Shown piece by piece: positions 1 to 13,150 of a stretch of 64,000 nt of DNA. The position numbers and the translations under genes were made by a program. Position 1 is the stretch's first letter. Every line of letters begins with the position of its first letter. The DNA is from Eledone cirrhosa (Eukaryota): assembly GCA_964016885.1 (NCBI GenBank), contig OZ024764.1:7130001-7194000 (forward strand). Reading direction: 5' to 3'. The notes under the pieces were generated by a model. That model ran no database searches and was not told where the DNA came from. It saw only the letters and a list, made by a program, of their open reading frames with translations.

Positions 1-3000
1 AGTGTTGGTGTGTGAGTGGCGTGTGTGTGTTTGTGGTTTGTATGCATGAGTGTTGGTGTGTGAGTGGCGTGTGTGTGTTTGTGGTTTGTATGCATGAGTG
101 TTGGTGTGTGAGTGGCGTGTGTGTGTTTGTGGTTTGTATGCATGAGTGTTGGTGTGTGAGTGGCGTGTGTGTGTTTGTGGTTTGTATGCATGAGTGTTGG
201 TGTGTGAGTGGCGTGTGTTTGTGGTTTGTATGCATGAGTGTTGGTATGTGAGTGTGTGTGTTTGTGGTTTGTATGCATGAGTGTTGGTATGTGAGTGTGT
301 GTGGTTGTGGTTTGTATGCATGAGTGTTGGTGTGTGAGTGTGTTTGTGGTTTGTATGCATGAGTGTTGGTGTGTGAGTGTGTTTGTGGTTTGTATGCATG
401 AGTGTTGGTGTGTGAGTGGCGTGTGTGTGTGTTTGTATGCATGAGTGTTGGTGTGTGAGTGGCGTGTGTGTGTGTTTGTGGTTTGTATGCATGAGTGTTG
501 GTATGTGAGTGGCGTGTGTGTGGTTGTGGTTTGTATGCATGAGTGTTGGTATGTGAGTGTGTGTGTGTGTGTTTGTGGTTTGTATGCATGAGTGTTGGTA
601 TGTGAGTGGCGTGTGTGTGTGTTTGTGGTTTGTATGCATGAGTGTTGGTATGTGAGTGTGTGTGTGTGGTTGTGGTTTGTATGCATGAGTGTTGGTATGT
701 GAGTGTGTGTGGTTGTGGTTTGTATGCATGAGTGTTGGTGTGTGAGTGTGGTTGTGGTTTGTATGCATGAGTGTTGGTATGTGAGTGTGTTTGTGGTTTG
801 TATGCATGAGTGTTGGTGTGTGAGTGGCGTGTGTGTGTGTTTGTATGCATGAGTGTTGGTGTGTGAGTGGCGTGTGTGTGTGTTTGTGGTTTGTATGCAT
901 GAGTGTTGGTATGTGAGTGGCGTGTGTGTGGTTGTGGTTTGTATGCATGAGTGTTGGTATGTGAGTGTGTGTGTGTGGTTGTGGTTTGTATGCATGAGTG
1001 TTGGTATGTGAGTGTGTGTGTGTGTGTTTGTGGTTTGTATGCATGAGTGTTGGTATGTGAGTGGCGTGTGTGTGTGTTTGTGGTTTGTATGCATGAGTGT
1101 TGGTATGTGAGTGTGTGTGTGTGGTTGTGGTTTGTATGCATGAGTGTTGGTATGTGAGTGGCGTGTGTGTGGTTGTGGTTTGTATGCATGAGTGTTGGTG
1201 TGTGAGTGGCGTGTGTGTGTTTGTGGTTTGTATGCATGAGTGTTGGTATGTGAGTGGCGTGTGTGTGTTTGTGGTTTGTATGCATGAGTGTTGGTATGTG
1301 AGTGGCGTGTGTGTGGTTGTGGTTTGTATGCATGAGTGTTGGTATGTGAGTGGCGTGTGTGTGGTTGTGGTTTGTATGCATGAGTGTTGGTATGTGAGTG
1401 GCGTGTGTGTGTTTGTGGTTTGTATGCATGAGTGTTGGTATGTGAGTGGCGTGTGTGTGGTTGTGGTTTGTATGCATGAGTGTTGGTATGTGAGTGGCGT
1501 GTGTGTGTTTGTGGTTTGTATGCATGAGTGTTGGTATGTGAGTGGCGTGTGTGTGGTTGTGGTTTGTATGCATGAGTGTTGGTATGTGAGTGTGTGTGGT
1601 TGTGGTTTGTATGCATGAGTGTTGGTGTGTGAGTGTGGTTGTGGTTTGTATGCATGAGTGTTGGTATGTGAGTGGCGTGTGTGTGTTTGTGGTTTGTATG
1701 CATGAGTGTTGGTATGTGAGTGGCGTGTGTGTGTTTGTGGTTTGTATGCATGAGTGTTGGTATGTGAGTGGCGTGTGTGTTTTTGTGGTTTGTATGCATG
1801 GGTGTTGGTATGTGAGTGGCGTGTGTGTGTTTGTGGTTTGTATGCATGGGTGTTGGTATGTGAGTGGCGTGTGTGTGTTTGTGGTTTGTATGCATGAGTG
1901 TTGGTGTGTGTGTGTGGTTGTGGTTTGTATGCATGAGTGTTGGTGTGTGAGTGGCATGTGTGTGTTTGTGGTTTGTATGCATGAGTGTTGGTATGTGAGT
2001 GGTGTGTGTGTGTTTGCGCTTTGTATGCATGAGTGTTGGTGTGTGAGTGTGTGTGTGTGGTTGTGGTTTGTATGCATGAGTGTTGGTATGTGAGTGGTGT
2101 GTGTGTGTTTGCGCTTTGTATGCATGAGTGTTGGTGTGTGAGTGTGTGTGTGTGGTTGTGGTTTGTATGCATGAGTGTTGGTATGTGAGTGGTGTGTGTG
2201 TGTTTGCGCTTTGTATGCATGAGTGTTGGTGTGTGAGTGGCGTGTGTGTGTTTGTGGTTTGTATGCATGAGTGTTGGTATGTGAGTGGTGTGTGTGTGTG
2301 GTTGTGGTTTGTATGCATGAGTGTTGGTGTGTGAGTGGCGTGTGTGTGTGGTTGTGGTTTGTATGCATGAGTGTTGGTATGTGAGTGGCGTGTGTGTGTT
2401 TGCGCTTTGTATGCATGAGTGTTGGTGTGTGAGTGGCGTGTGTGTGTTTGTGGTTTGTATGCATGAGTGTTGGTGTGTGAGTGGTGTGTGTGTGTTTGTG
2501 GTTTGTATGCATGAGTGTTGGTGTGTGAGTGGCGTGTGTGTGTTTGTGGTTTGTATGCATGAGTGTTGGTGTGTGAGTGGTGTGTGTGTGTTTGTGGTTT
2601 GTATGCATGAGTGTTGGTGTGTGTGTGTGGTTGTGGTTTGTATGCATGAGTGTTGGTGTGTGAGTGGCATGTGTGTGTTTGTGGTTTGTATGCATGAGTG
2701 TTGGTATGTGAGTGGCGTGTGTGTGGTTGTGGTTTGTATGCATGAGTGTTGGTATGTGAGTGGCGTGTGTGTGTTTGTGGTTTGTATGCATGAGTGTTGG
2801 TATGTGAGTGGCGTGTGTGTGTTTGTGGTTTGTATGCATGAGTGTTGGTATGTGAGTGGCGTGTGTGTGTTTGTGGTTTGTATGCATGAGTGTTGGTATG
2901 TGAGTGGCGTGTGTGTGTTTGTGGTTTGTATGCATGAGTGTTGGTATGTGAGTGGCGTGTGTGTGTTTGTGGTTTGTATGCATGAGTGTTGGTGTGTGAG

Positions 3001-4243
3001 TGTGTGTGTGTTTGTTGTTTGTATGCATGAGTGTTGGTATGTGAGTGGCGTGTGTGTGTTTGTGGTTTGTATGCATGAGTGTTGGTATGTGAGTGGCGTG
3101 TGTGTGTTTGTGGTTTGTATGCATGAGTGTTGGTATGTGAGTGGCGTGTGTGTGTTTGTGGTTTGTATGCATGAGTGTTGGTATGTGAGTGGCGTGTGTG
3201 TGTTTGTGGTTTGTATGCATGAGTGTTGGTATGTGAGTGGCGTGTGTGTGTTTGTGGTTTGTATGCATGAGTGTTGGTATGTGAGTGGCGTGTGTGTGTT
3301 TGTGGTTTGTATGCATGAGTGTTGGTATGTGAGTGGCGTGTGTGTGTTTGTGGTTTGTATGCATGAGTGTTGGTATGTGAGTGGCGTGTGTGTGGTTGTG
3401 GTTTGTATGCATGAGTGTTGGTATGTGAGTGGCGTGTGTGTGTTTGTGGTTTGTATGCATGAGTGTTGGTATGTGAGTGGCGTGTGTGTGTTTGTGGTTT
3501 GTATGCATGAGTGTTGGTGTGTGAGTGGCGTGTGTGTGGTTGTGGTTTGTATGCATGAGTGTTGGTGTGTGAGTGTGTGTGTTTGTGGTTTGTATGCATG
3601 AGTGTTGGTATGTGAGTGGCGTGTGTGTGGTTGTGGTTTGTATGCATGAGTGTTGGTATGTGAGTGGCGTGTGTGTGGTTGTGGTTTGTATGCATGAGTG
3701 TTGGTATGTGAGTGGCGTGTGTGTGTTTGTGGTTTGTATGCATGAGTGTTGGTATGTGAGTGGCGTGTGTGTGGTTGTGGTTTGTATGCATGAGTGTTGG
3801 TATGTGAGTGGCGTGTGTGTGGTTGTGGTTTGTATGCATGAGTGTTGGTATGTGAGTGGCGTGTGTGTGGTTGTGGTTTGTATGCATGAGTGTTGGTATG
3901 TGAGTGGCGTGTGTGTGGTTGTGGTTTGTATGCATGAGTGTTGGTATGTGAGTGGCGTGTGTGTGTTTGTGGTTTGTATGCATGAGTGTTGGTATGTGAG
4001 TGGCGTGTGTGTGGTTGTGGTTTGTATGCATGAGTGTTGGTATGTGAGTGTGTGTGTGCGTTTGTGATTTGTATGCATGAGTGTTGGTGTGTGAGTGTGT
4101 GTGTTTGTGGTTTGTATGCATGAGTGTTGGTGTGTGAGTGTGTGTGTGTGGTTGTGGTTTGTATGCATGAATGTTGGTGTGTGAGTGTGTGTGTGTGGTT
4201 GTGGTTTGTATGCATGAGTGTTGGTGTGTGTGTGTGTGTGTGC
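1..4243. repeat. GT-rich minisatellite, ~48-bp unit (TGTATGCATGAGTGTTGGTATGTGAGTGGCGTGTGTGTGTTTGTGGTT), roughly 90 copies, runs off the window start
   Basis: Tandem periodicity is directly visible. The ORF translations show a 16-aa period. Length variation lies in the (GT)n part. Confidence 0.97.
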
Positions 4244-4269
4244 GTCGTGTCAATAAGTTTTTTTTTTTT

Positions 4270-7135
4270 AATGACCATGCTGTAAAATGGAGGGGTAGAG
4301 AGGGTCCTTGAGTCTAGTAAGACATCCTCTCTAGTGCTGGTGGCACAAATCAAAGCACCCAGTCCATGCTGTAAAATGGCGCTGGTGTTAGGAAGGGCAT
4401 CCAACCAGTGTATCAATGCCAAAACGCTTATCAGCACAGGAACAAATAGGAACAACAACAAAATATGAAGACGTCGCATCTCAGAGTTGCAACACTTAAT
4501 GTTGGCACTCTCAGAGGTAGATCTGCTGAAATAGCGGAGATGTTGGAGGGAAGGCAGGTGGATGTGTACTGCGTGCAAGAGGTGAGATGGAGAGGTGCCT
4601 CTGCCAGACTAGTCGTAGGCAAACGTCTGAGCTATAAGCTATTTTGGGTAGGTAAAGATGATGGGTTAGGGGGAGAAATGGATCAATAAGACAATAGAGG
4701 TAGTTCGAGTTAGTAATCGAATAATTAAGCTTAGATTAGTTGTAGGCAGGAGACTACTGACAATCATCTCGGCCTATGCTCCCCAAGCAGGCATAGGCAA
4801 AGATGAGAAAGACTGCTTTTACGAGCAACTTTTACAAACAACCGCAATGACAGAGGACGGAGACATCGCTATGCTAGCAGGAGACTTCAATGGTCATGTT
4901 GGACAGCTCCTGGATGGTTACACTGGGGTACATGGTGGGCACGGTTACGGCTCAAAAATGAAGTGAGACTTCTTGAATTTTGTGATGCAGGTACATTGAC
5001 TATTTGCAACACAAACTTCCAGAAACCTGCCAATCACCCAATAACCTACAAATCTGGTGAGCACATAAGCCAGATTGACTTCTTACTAGTTAGGAAGCGG
5101 GACAGGAAGATAGTGTCTAATACCAAGGCATAACCTGGTGAAGAATGTACCCCACAGCATAGGTTAGTTGTTAGTGATATCTCAGTAAGCAAGAGATGGA
5201 ATGAGACATATAGGAAGGTGTGGAGAAGAAAGGTCTGGAAGCTAAAAGACCTTTCACTAAAATACAAATTTAGGAAAGCCCTTCAAGATGTATATGATGA
5301 AAAAGAAGACGATTTAGAGACGTATGACATAGATAATAACTGGAATTTCTTACGTGACAACTTGCTGCAGGCTACTGATGAAACTTGTTGCTGGAGCAGA
5401 GCTCCAACCAGACAGAGAGTGACCTGGTGGTGGAACAGCACAGTAGATAAGGCCATTAGAGACAAAAGACTAACATGGAAGGCTTGGAAAAAGGGTGGGA
5501 GTAGGGAAGAATATACAGCCACTAAGAGAGAAGCTAGACGTCAGGTGTACTTAGCACGCAGGGAGGCGGAGAGTAGGAGGTTTGTCAATGTTCTGCGACG
5601 GGAAGATCAGAGGCGTGCGGTGTTCCACATTGCAAGGCAGTGTGTCAATGCAAATCAGGATGTTGTTGGAGATAAATGTGTCCGGGATGATGCCGGTGTA
5701 CTTAGTGTAACGAATGATCAGAAAAAGGAGGCCTGGAAATGTCATTATGAGAGACTGATGAATGTGGAGACGGAATGGGAGAGAGAGAAATTACCCTTAG
5801 TAGATCCGACAGAGGGACCAGCTATTGAGATTGACGAATATAGGATCCAAGAGGTGATTAGGGAAATGAAAAATAGTAAGGCTGCTGGACCATCGGGAAT
5901 AGTTGCTGAGATGTTGAAGGCATCAGGGGACGTAGGCACTAAACTGGTTGCACGCATCATCAATCAGGCTATATATGGTGGTGTCATACCCAAAGACTGG
6001 TACAGCAGTATTCTCATAAATTGCTACAAAGGTAAAGGGGATGCTCTGGAGAGGAGCAATTATAGGGGTATAAAACTGATAGATCAGGTTATGAAAGTGG
6101 CAGAAAGGATTTTAGCACAACTAATTAGAGAAAGGGTCAAACTAGATGAGATGCAGTTTGGTTTTGTGCCTGGGAAGAGTACAACAGATGCCCTCTTCTT
6201 GGTGAGAGAATTGCAAGAGAGGTTCTTAGAAAAAAATAAGCCACTATACTTAGCCTTTGTTGACCTAGAGAAGGCCTTTGATAAGGTACCCCGATCTGTC
6301 ATCTGGTGGTCCCTAATGGCTTGTGAGGACAGTGCAAACTTTGTACATAGGTACTCTCAGTAAAGTCAGGGTAGGAATGGAATTTAGTGAGGAATTCCAG
6401 ATACAAGTAGGAGTTCATCAGGGTTCGGTCCTCAGCCCGCTCTTGTTCATTATAGTCCGCCAAGCCATAACAGAGGAGTTTAAGACTGGCTGTCCATGGG
6501 AACTTCTCTATGCTGATGATCTGGTTCTTATAGCAGAATCAGTAGAGGAGCTAGAGAATAAATTCTGGCTATGGAAACAGCAGTTGGAAGCAAGAGGACT
6601 GAGAGTGAACCTAGCTAAGACAAAAGTGTTGATGAGTAGAAAAGAGGACAAAACCCTGATTCCGTCAGGGAAATGGCCATGTTCGATATGCAGAAAAGGA
6701 ACTGGCATAAATTCTATAAAATGCACACAATGCAGATCCTGGGTACACAAGAGATGTAGCGGGATAGCAGGCAAACTAACAGGTAGGGAGAAATATGTAT
6801 GCAGTAGATGTACAGGGAAATTAGACAGTAGAAGTCGCATTGATAGACACATTTTTCAAATGCAGAAGGGCGCTATAGAAGTGCGTACGAAAGGCCGGTT
6901 GTATGATGCCTGTGTGAGGAGCGCGATGCTGCATGGTAGTGAGACATGGGCAGAAACTGCAGAGGATATGCGACGGCTGGAGAGAAATGAGGCAAGCATG
7001 CTCCGTTGGATGTGCAGTGTAAATGTGCGTGAACGACCAAGCATGGATGTGTTGAGAAAGAAACTGTGTATAAGAGGGTAAACTGTAGTGTGTGGGAGAG
7101 AAGACTGCGTTGGTATGAACATGTCTCAACAGATT
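4270..7135 (+). mobile_element. RTE-clade LINE, near full-length but disrupted (APE endonuclease + RT + Cys/His finger)
   Basis: APE start LRVATLNVGTL...CVQEVRW at 4465. RT motifs NYRGIKL, QFGFVPGKSTTDA, AFVDLEKAFD, GVHQGSVLSP and LLYADDL are spread over frameshifted ORFs 5218-6363 and 6323-7081. Confidence 0.93.
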
Positions 7136-7139
7136 AAGA

Positions 7140-7370
7140 CCTGATGTTGGACATGCAAAATAAGGATATTTAAAGGATGGGGACGTTGTGTGTGACTGCG
7201 ACATTGAACCACAGACTACGCAGCACCTCCTGATATGTCCGCTGCTGGAACACCCCTGGACAGTATTGGACTTGGCAGAGTTTAATGAGAAAGGACAGCA
7301 ATGTGTTCAGCTGTGGTGGAACCACATCTAACCAAGCTCTGTAACTGACACTCTTGTGGACACAACAAGA
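7140..7370 (+). mobile_element. 3' fragment of a different non-LTR element (C-terminal CxC...H...C motif)
   Basis: Reads ...GDVVCDCDIEPQTTQHLLICPLLE..., which resembles LINE C-terminal zinc knuckles. Short and degenerate. Confidence 0.5.
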
Positions 7371-7520
7371 AGTGCCTCAATATATACTTCAGAGTTAATT
7401 GTTTCTCCTCTTGGCAAGAAATCAATAAGAATCATTCCTTGAATATCCCAAAAGACAGCCGCCTTCATTTTTCCAGCTTGAACTTTTGGGTTTTTGGAGA
7501 TGTTGGGTGACGCCATTCCA
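7365..7520 (-). mobile_element. mariner-type transposase fragment
   Basis: KVQAGKMKAAVFWDIQGMILIDFLPRGETINSEVYIEAL matches the mariner catalytic-domain block (AGKVM.VFWD..G.I..D.L..G.TIN...Y...L). Confidence 0.8.
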
Positions 7521-8142
7521 TCGATTGTCCAATTTACTCAAGTTCACCTTTATAAATATGTTTCCCCCCCTTGTGAATGTTAACAGGGGTTTCTCCTTCA
7601 GCAACAAAGGATTCAATTACTGCCAACCACCGCCCAATCACAATTTAATATTGTTAGTTAATCAGTGATTGTCTTGTTGCCTTACATCCCCAAAGTACGT
7701 GGAGAAGGAAGTTGAAGTTATCTGGTCTATCGCGAGCCCAGAAGCTTATAGTGTAAAGCGAATGAGAGTACAAGACTCCCCCCTGGACAGGCCAACAGTC
7801 CATCACAGGGTTAACCCCCACCTATTACTGGTACACATGTTCAGCTGAATTATACTGGCCGTTAAAACTAAAACAATTGTAAATTCATTTCAGTTTTCCG
7901 ATCACTTTCTTCCTCTGTATGTCCATCATTGGTTAACTGTCGATCAGTGTTTGTAAAGATCGATATCGACTAACTTGTGAGTTTATTTTGCCATCATTAA
8001 GTCCCAGGTTCGATCACATCCCATTTGAAACTGGGTAGACAGAGACTGTATAGAAGTCTGTCATTTGTAATTCAAATGACCAGTCTTATAACGTTGAATC
8101 TCCCTGAGAATTACGTATGTTCATAATTATAGATTAACTTCT

Positions 8143-8312
8143 AGTGCTGTAGCATGGCCAGGCTGTTTAGATAATGCTGTAGTATGGCCAGGCTGTTTAG
8201 ATAATGCTGTAGTATGGTGAGGCTGTTTAGATAATGCTGTAGTATGGCCAGGCTGTTTAGATAATGCTGTAGTATGGTCAGGCTGTTTAGCTGGTGCTGT
8301 AGCATGGCCAGG
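8143..8312. repeat. 30-bp tandem repeat, ~5.5 copies
   Basis: Repeated GCTGTAGTATGGCCAGGCTGTTTAGATAAT. Confidence 0.9.
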
Positions 8313-9002
8313 ATACTTGGAACATGCGCACTGGATTTCTAAATCTCGCGCATTCAACTCCATCCAAAACAAGAAAAAAAATGGCCGTTAGTTTGTAGAA
8401 TGTTACAAGCTTTACAGAAACTCTTGCTAAATGGTTTAGCAATGGACAATAGCAGCTTTCTGAAAGGTAACGTAGATTTTTATATTATGTTGAGATATTT
8501 TTGTAAATCTTTCCCTCTTAGTCTCCTTCGTATGATCTACTATTTACACCTACCTAGTTCTTCTCTTGTTAATGTATTCTTAATGAGATACACACTCACC
8601 TGTTTCAATACATTGCGGATATAATAAAATTTAACATTTTTTTTATTAATAAATATGTATCTAGTATAGTTTGAAAATTGTTCCTACTTCTTCCTGGGGT
8701 AGTTCCTTTGTCTTTATCAAATCCTTCTGTCGACTATTTCTCCCTATCACTGTGTGGTTATCTTCCTCTCAAGATCTAACTCACTAACAGCAATCGAACA
8801 TGGTAGTTTCGATTGTTGACTTGCGAGACTTTTCCAAAAGCTGCCCATCTCTTGCAAACTTTACGAGGTACACGCAATAAGTCCAGCTGTTCACCATCTA
8901 TGTTTTAAACCCTCTTTCTCCCATTTGACTTTCTCGATGGGGGAAGTCTTATCTTCCGTCTTGTAATGTCATACATTTAATTCTATACACCTAAGTGTAT
9001 GT

Positions 9003-9290
9003 CTGTACCTGTAATTGAGTCAGTCTTGTCACACTCCATGTGAAACTTCAGTATTTCTTCCCATAGTGGTGACAGTGTTGGACTTAGGATCATAATGTGA
9101 TAAGTTCCATTCCTGGATCGTGTTGTGTTCTTGAGAAAACCACTTCATTTCACGTGGCTCCAGTATACGTAGCTGAAAATGAGTACCAGCAGTATCTTGG
9201 GGTTTAACCCTGCCATAGACTGGCGTCCTATCCAGAGAAAGTCTCGTACTTTCAGTTGATTAACGCCAAGCAAACTTTATAGACACGGGC
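9003..9290 (+). mobile_element. SINE-like element with flank; inverted partner at 10790-11069
   Basis: A tRNA-box-like head followed by GCTGAAAATGAGTACCAG. About 200 bp match the reverse complement of 10870-11069. Confidence 0.6.
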
Positions 9291-9644
9291 TTAGGGATCT
9301 TCAGAAATTTTCTAATGATCTTACCTTCTTAGTTCCCTTCATAACCAATCATTTTAAAGTTTTGTTTTCGTCTTAATAGTCTAAGAAGTGTTCATTATTT
9401 TGTCAGACACTGGACCATTTGTACTTGTTGGTAATATATACACACTGGTTCTTCTTCAGTACCTTGGTATCCACTCTATCACTCTAATAGCTTACCTATT
9501 GTCTCTGAGGAGACGTGGCCAGCCCATCAATGTTTGCCTTTCTTGATGGTCTCGATTATGTTCATTACTGTCTGTTGAAGAATCCAGGGTTGTTGCTCTT
9601 CGTTGTATGATTTGCTCCATTGAGCTTCACCATGTATAATATAC

Positions 9645-9905
9645 TGTATATAAAGGACGTATCCTTAGATGTAACTGTGGGTCGTATGGTGTGACAGGTC
9701 TCACAATATAATCTATATAAAGGACATTAAAAGACAGACCCAGCCTTAGATGTAATTGTGGGTCGTATGGTGTGACAGGTCTCACAATATAATCTATATA
9801 AAGGACGTTAAAAGACAGACCCATCCTTAGATGTAACTGTGGGTCGTATGGTGTGACAGGTCTCACAATATAATCTATATAAAGGACGTTAAAAGACAGG
9901 CCCAT
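9645..9905. repeat. 81-bp tandem repeat, ~3 copies
   Basis: 27-aa period in the minus-strand ORF 9627-9905. Direct repeats are visible. Confidence 0.9.
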
Positions 9906-9974
9906 TCTTTTATCACAGAGAAAGAGTCTTGTTGCGTATCACTTCCAGCTCTCTGGACTGTAAGTAAGCTTAAA

Positions 9975-10270
9975 GAAGATGGGGGTATTCCACCATCCTG
10001 CACCTCAGGAAGTGTACCACCCTCCCCATATCACAATTGGCGGGATTGTACTGAAAACAGTCCATCATTTCAGCTACCTGGGGTGCATCTTCACATCGGA
10101 TGCCAAGATCGACAGGGAAATCAGCAACAGACTGGCAAAGGTGAGCAGTGAATTTGGTAGACTGTACTAACGTGTGGAAGATTAAACACGAAGCTGAACT
10201 CCTAAATACGCTGGGCAGGGTACGTCTCTAGGATGAAGGATCATTGCCTGCCCAGGATCACTCTCAAATC
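9975..10270 (+). mobile_element. RTE (BovB-like) ORF2 fragment
   Basis: PPHITIGGIVLKTVHHFSYLGCIFTSDAKIDREISNRLAKVSSEFGRL is the typical post-RT region. Confidence 0.8.
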
Positions 10271-10789
10271 TCTATAGGAGTTCGTGATAGGAAGGCCAAA
10301 TATCAAGAGCTTGTGCAGTAGAAAGGTTTGCAGATATAATATATATGTGTGTAGGAGTGGGGATTGAATAACTGCACTGTGGACCCTATCGTTAAAACAC
10401 CCGAGAAAACCTCATGAGACCCCCCCTCGGATGCTGCAGAATACAAAATGAATTTACAACAGTTTCAGAAAGTATTTAGCACGGTTCAAGAATTGAATCA
10501 ACAATTTAAGGCCTTTCATCTCTATCTTGGAAGAAGCATTTAAATACACCGAAATATTAACTAAAACTAAGAAGAGTTTTAAAGAAATACACTCGACAAA
10601 TTATTTGTGAATAAAAAAGAAACACATTGAATTTTATTAAATCCCTACATTTTATTGTTCATTTTCAACACGAATTGGAACACTTGGTCTGTGTATTTCA
10701 TTAGGAATACGGTAAGAAGAGACTTCACCTGGATAGGACGACAGTCGATTGCAAGGTTAAAGTTTGTCTTAAACTAGGAGGCTCATTAG

Positions 10790-11069
10790 ACCGGTGCTTA
10801 ACCGAGTCAGTTGGCTGAAAATACAGGACTCTCAGCTGGACAGAACGCCAGTTTATCACAGAGGTACATCCCAAAGATACTGCTGGTACTCATTTTCAGC
10901 TAAGTATACTGGAGCCACGTGAAATGAAGTGTTTTGTTCAAGAACACAACACGATCCAGGAATCGAACTTATTACATTATGATTGTAAGTCCAACACTGT
11001 AACCATTATGGGAAGAAATACTGAAGTTTGACATGGTGTCTGACAAGACTGACTTAATTACAGGTACAG
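10790..11069 (-). mobile_element. SINE-like element with flank (inverted partner of 9003-9290)
   Basis: Reverse-complement similarity to 9003-9205. Confidence 0.6.
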
Positions 11070-11559
11070 TCCATTACAGGCTTCCAGACAGTTTCTGTCT
11101 ACTAAATTTAATTTCACTCACAGTACATGGGTCACCTGGCGGTTATGATGACACTTGCCTAAGATGTCACTCTCTCACCTAATAATTGAGAATTCACGTG
11201 GGGAAAAGTTAATCGATATCGATCTGTTAACACTGATCAATACTTCAGCTATGATTACGAGAAGGACAGACATACAGGAGAGAGAAAGTTCTTTAAAAAG
11301 TAGGTTTCCCTGTCACAGTCCTCACCCCACAGGCTGGAGGGAGGGGGTTGGTAGAAATATCTGCCTACAATCTCATGAAATATCTCTGAGTAACTGGGTG
11401 GAACAGGACCAAAGTACTAAAGACTATAGCAGAGGAGGTGGAGAGGAGTTCCAGCTGGATCTGGTAGAGGAAGAACAACAAAGGTGATCTCCATCCAGAT
11501 TAAGTGACCTACACACAACAGGTTAACGATAGTCAGGTGGCTTTATTAAATTCATTCAT

Positions 11560-11775
11560 GGCTGTGTATTGGCAGTATCGGTAGAGCGTCGGACAATATG
11601 CTTTACGGCACAGAGTTACGGCCTTTTACGGTCTGAGTTCAAATCCTACCGAGGTTAGCTTTGCCTTCCATCCTTACGGCGTCAATAAATAAAGCACCAG
11701 TAATATAGTGGGGTCGATTTAATCGACTTCCCCACCCCTAATTGTTGTCCTTGTACCTAAATCAGAAATCATTAT
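11560..11775 (+). mobile_element. tRNA-derived SINE
   Basis: A-box-like TGGCAGTATCGG, B-box GAGTTCAAATCC and body TTTGCCTTCCATCCTT. The same family recurs at 13.7-14.5 kb, 27.5 kb, 29.1 kb, 34.2 kb and 56.8 kb. Confidence 0.8.
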
Positions 11776-12404
11776 TAAATTTTATATATTCAAATGAAGT
11801 TTGCATATAAAAAAAAATAAGCATGAAAAGAATTTATTATATCAAATAAACAAAAGATGGTTTTTTCCCCATTCCTGAAAAGTGTGTGTGTGTGTGTGGG
11901 GGGGGGGGGGGGGTCTTGTCCCCTGAAACACGGCCCTTTATATATATGTATATGTAAATAAATACAATATCGGAGAAAGCTTTTTAGCGATACTCCGGCC
12001 AAGTTCCAACTCACTCGACAAACATTAGGAAATAAGTGATTATATTCCCTATTATGCGTTCGGGGTGCTAACTAAAAGTATTGCGTGGAAAATTGGCTGT
12101 ATTATTTCATATGAGACATATCGAATATGTATATATACACACACACACACATAAATACAACATGTGTAAGGGGAGACAACTCTCGTTACAACCCCTCTTG
12201 TTTTTTTTTATATACGTTTTGATACATCGTTCAATGGAATCTGCTTTACTTTGTGTCCTAAGTAGATTTCTGTTTAGGTATTCACAATGATTCACGTAAC
12301 CAAGTTACTTACATAGAGATATATTTCACATAGAATCACAACAAATGAAAATATTAAGTCAACACTCTGTCAATCAGTCTCACATCACATGGAGTGCTGG
12401 AGTC

Positions 12405-12565
12405 TCCTTCTAATACTTTCTGAGGCAGTCTTACCTCGAGTGATAGCAAGGCTAAGATGTTGGAACTACCAAACACCCTCATATGTATCACCTGACACCT
12501 CGGTAAGGAGAGCTGCCAACGATGATAAGAACCTCGTTGTCAGCGACCTATCTCCTCCAACACAA
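12405..12565 (-). mobile_element. C-terminal fragment of a CRE-like (restriction-like endonuclease) non-LTR retrotransposon
   Basis: Hand translation TRFLSSLAALLTEVSGDTYEGVW*FQHLSLAITRG matches the SGD.RE...L.QRLS.A.QRGN C-terminal signature. Confidence 0.6.
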
Positions 12566-12827
12566 CAGACTAGAATATTCTACTCTTTATTCCCTATCAA
12601 ATATATTTTAGTCTAGTCATTTGTCTTGTATCTTGTATATATATTTTCAAAACTAACCGTCACATTTGTGAGACCCCAGTTAGAGATGTTTTTGTCTCCC
12701 TCCCACATCCTGCGTGCTGTAGTAAAAGTGAGGGTCACTGTTTCCGTAGACGAACGAAATAAAAGCTAAACTACCAGTAATTATCGGCAAAGTATTTATT
12801 CCAGTCTGTGATGTTTGAGAAGCTGGG

Positions 12828-13150
12828 CTGCTGATGATCTGGTTCTTATAGCAGAATCAGTAGAGGAGCTAGAGAATAAATTCCTACTATGGAAATATCA
12901 GTTGGAATCAAGAGGACTGAGAGTGAACCTAGCTAAGACTAAAGTGTTGATAAGTAGAAAAGAGGACAAAACTCTGATCCATCAGAGGAATGGCCATGTT
13001 CGATATGTAGAAAAGGAACTGGCATAAATTCTATAAAATGTACACAATGTAGATCTTGGGTACACAAGAGATGTAGTGGGATAGCAGGCAAACTAACATG
13101 TAGGGAAAACTACATATGCAGTAGATGTACAGGGAAATTTGACAGTAATT
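12828..13150 (+). mobile_element. RTE fragment, same family as 6510-6830
   Basis: Near-identical DNA (ADDLVLIAESVEELENKF...). Confidence 0.9.

Noticed and set aside
12-4067. Cys/Val-rich ORFs up to 426 aa
   Set aside because: They are translations of a 48-bp satellite, with frameshifts wherever the (GT)n length changes.
11560-11660. tRNA gene
   Set aside because: A and B boxes are present but there is no cloverleaf, and it continues into a multi-copy SINE body.
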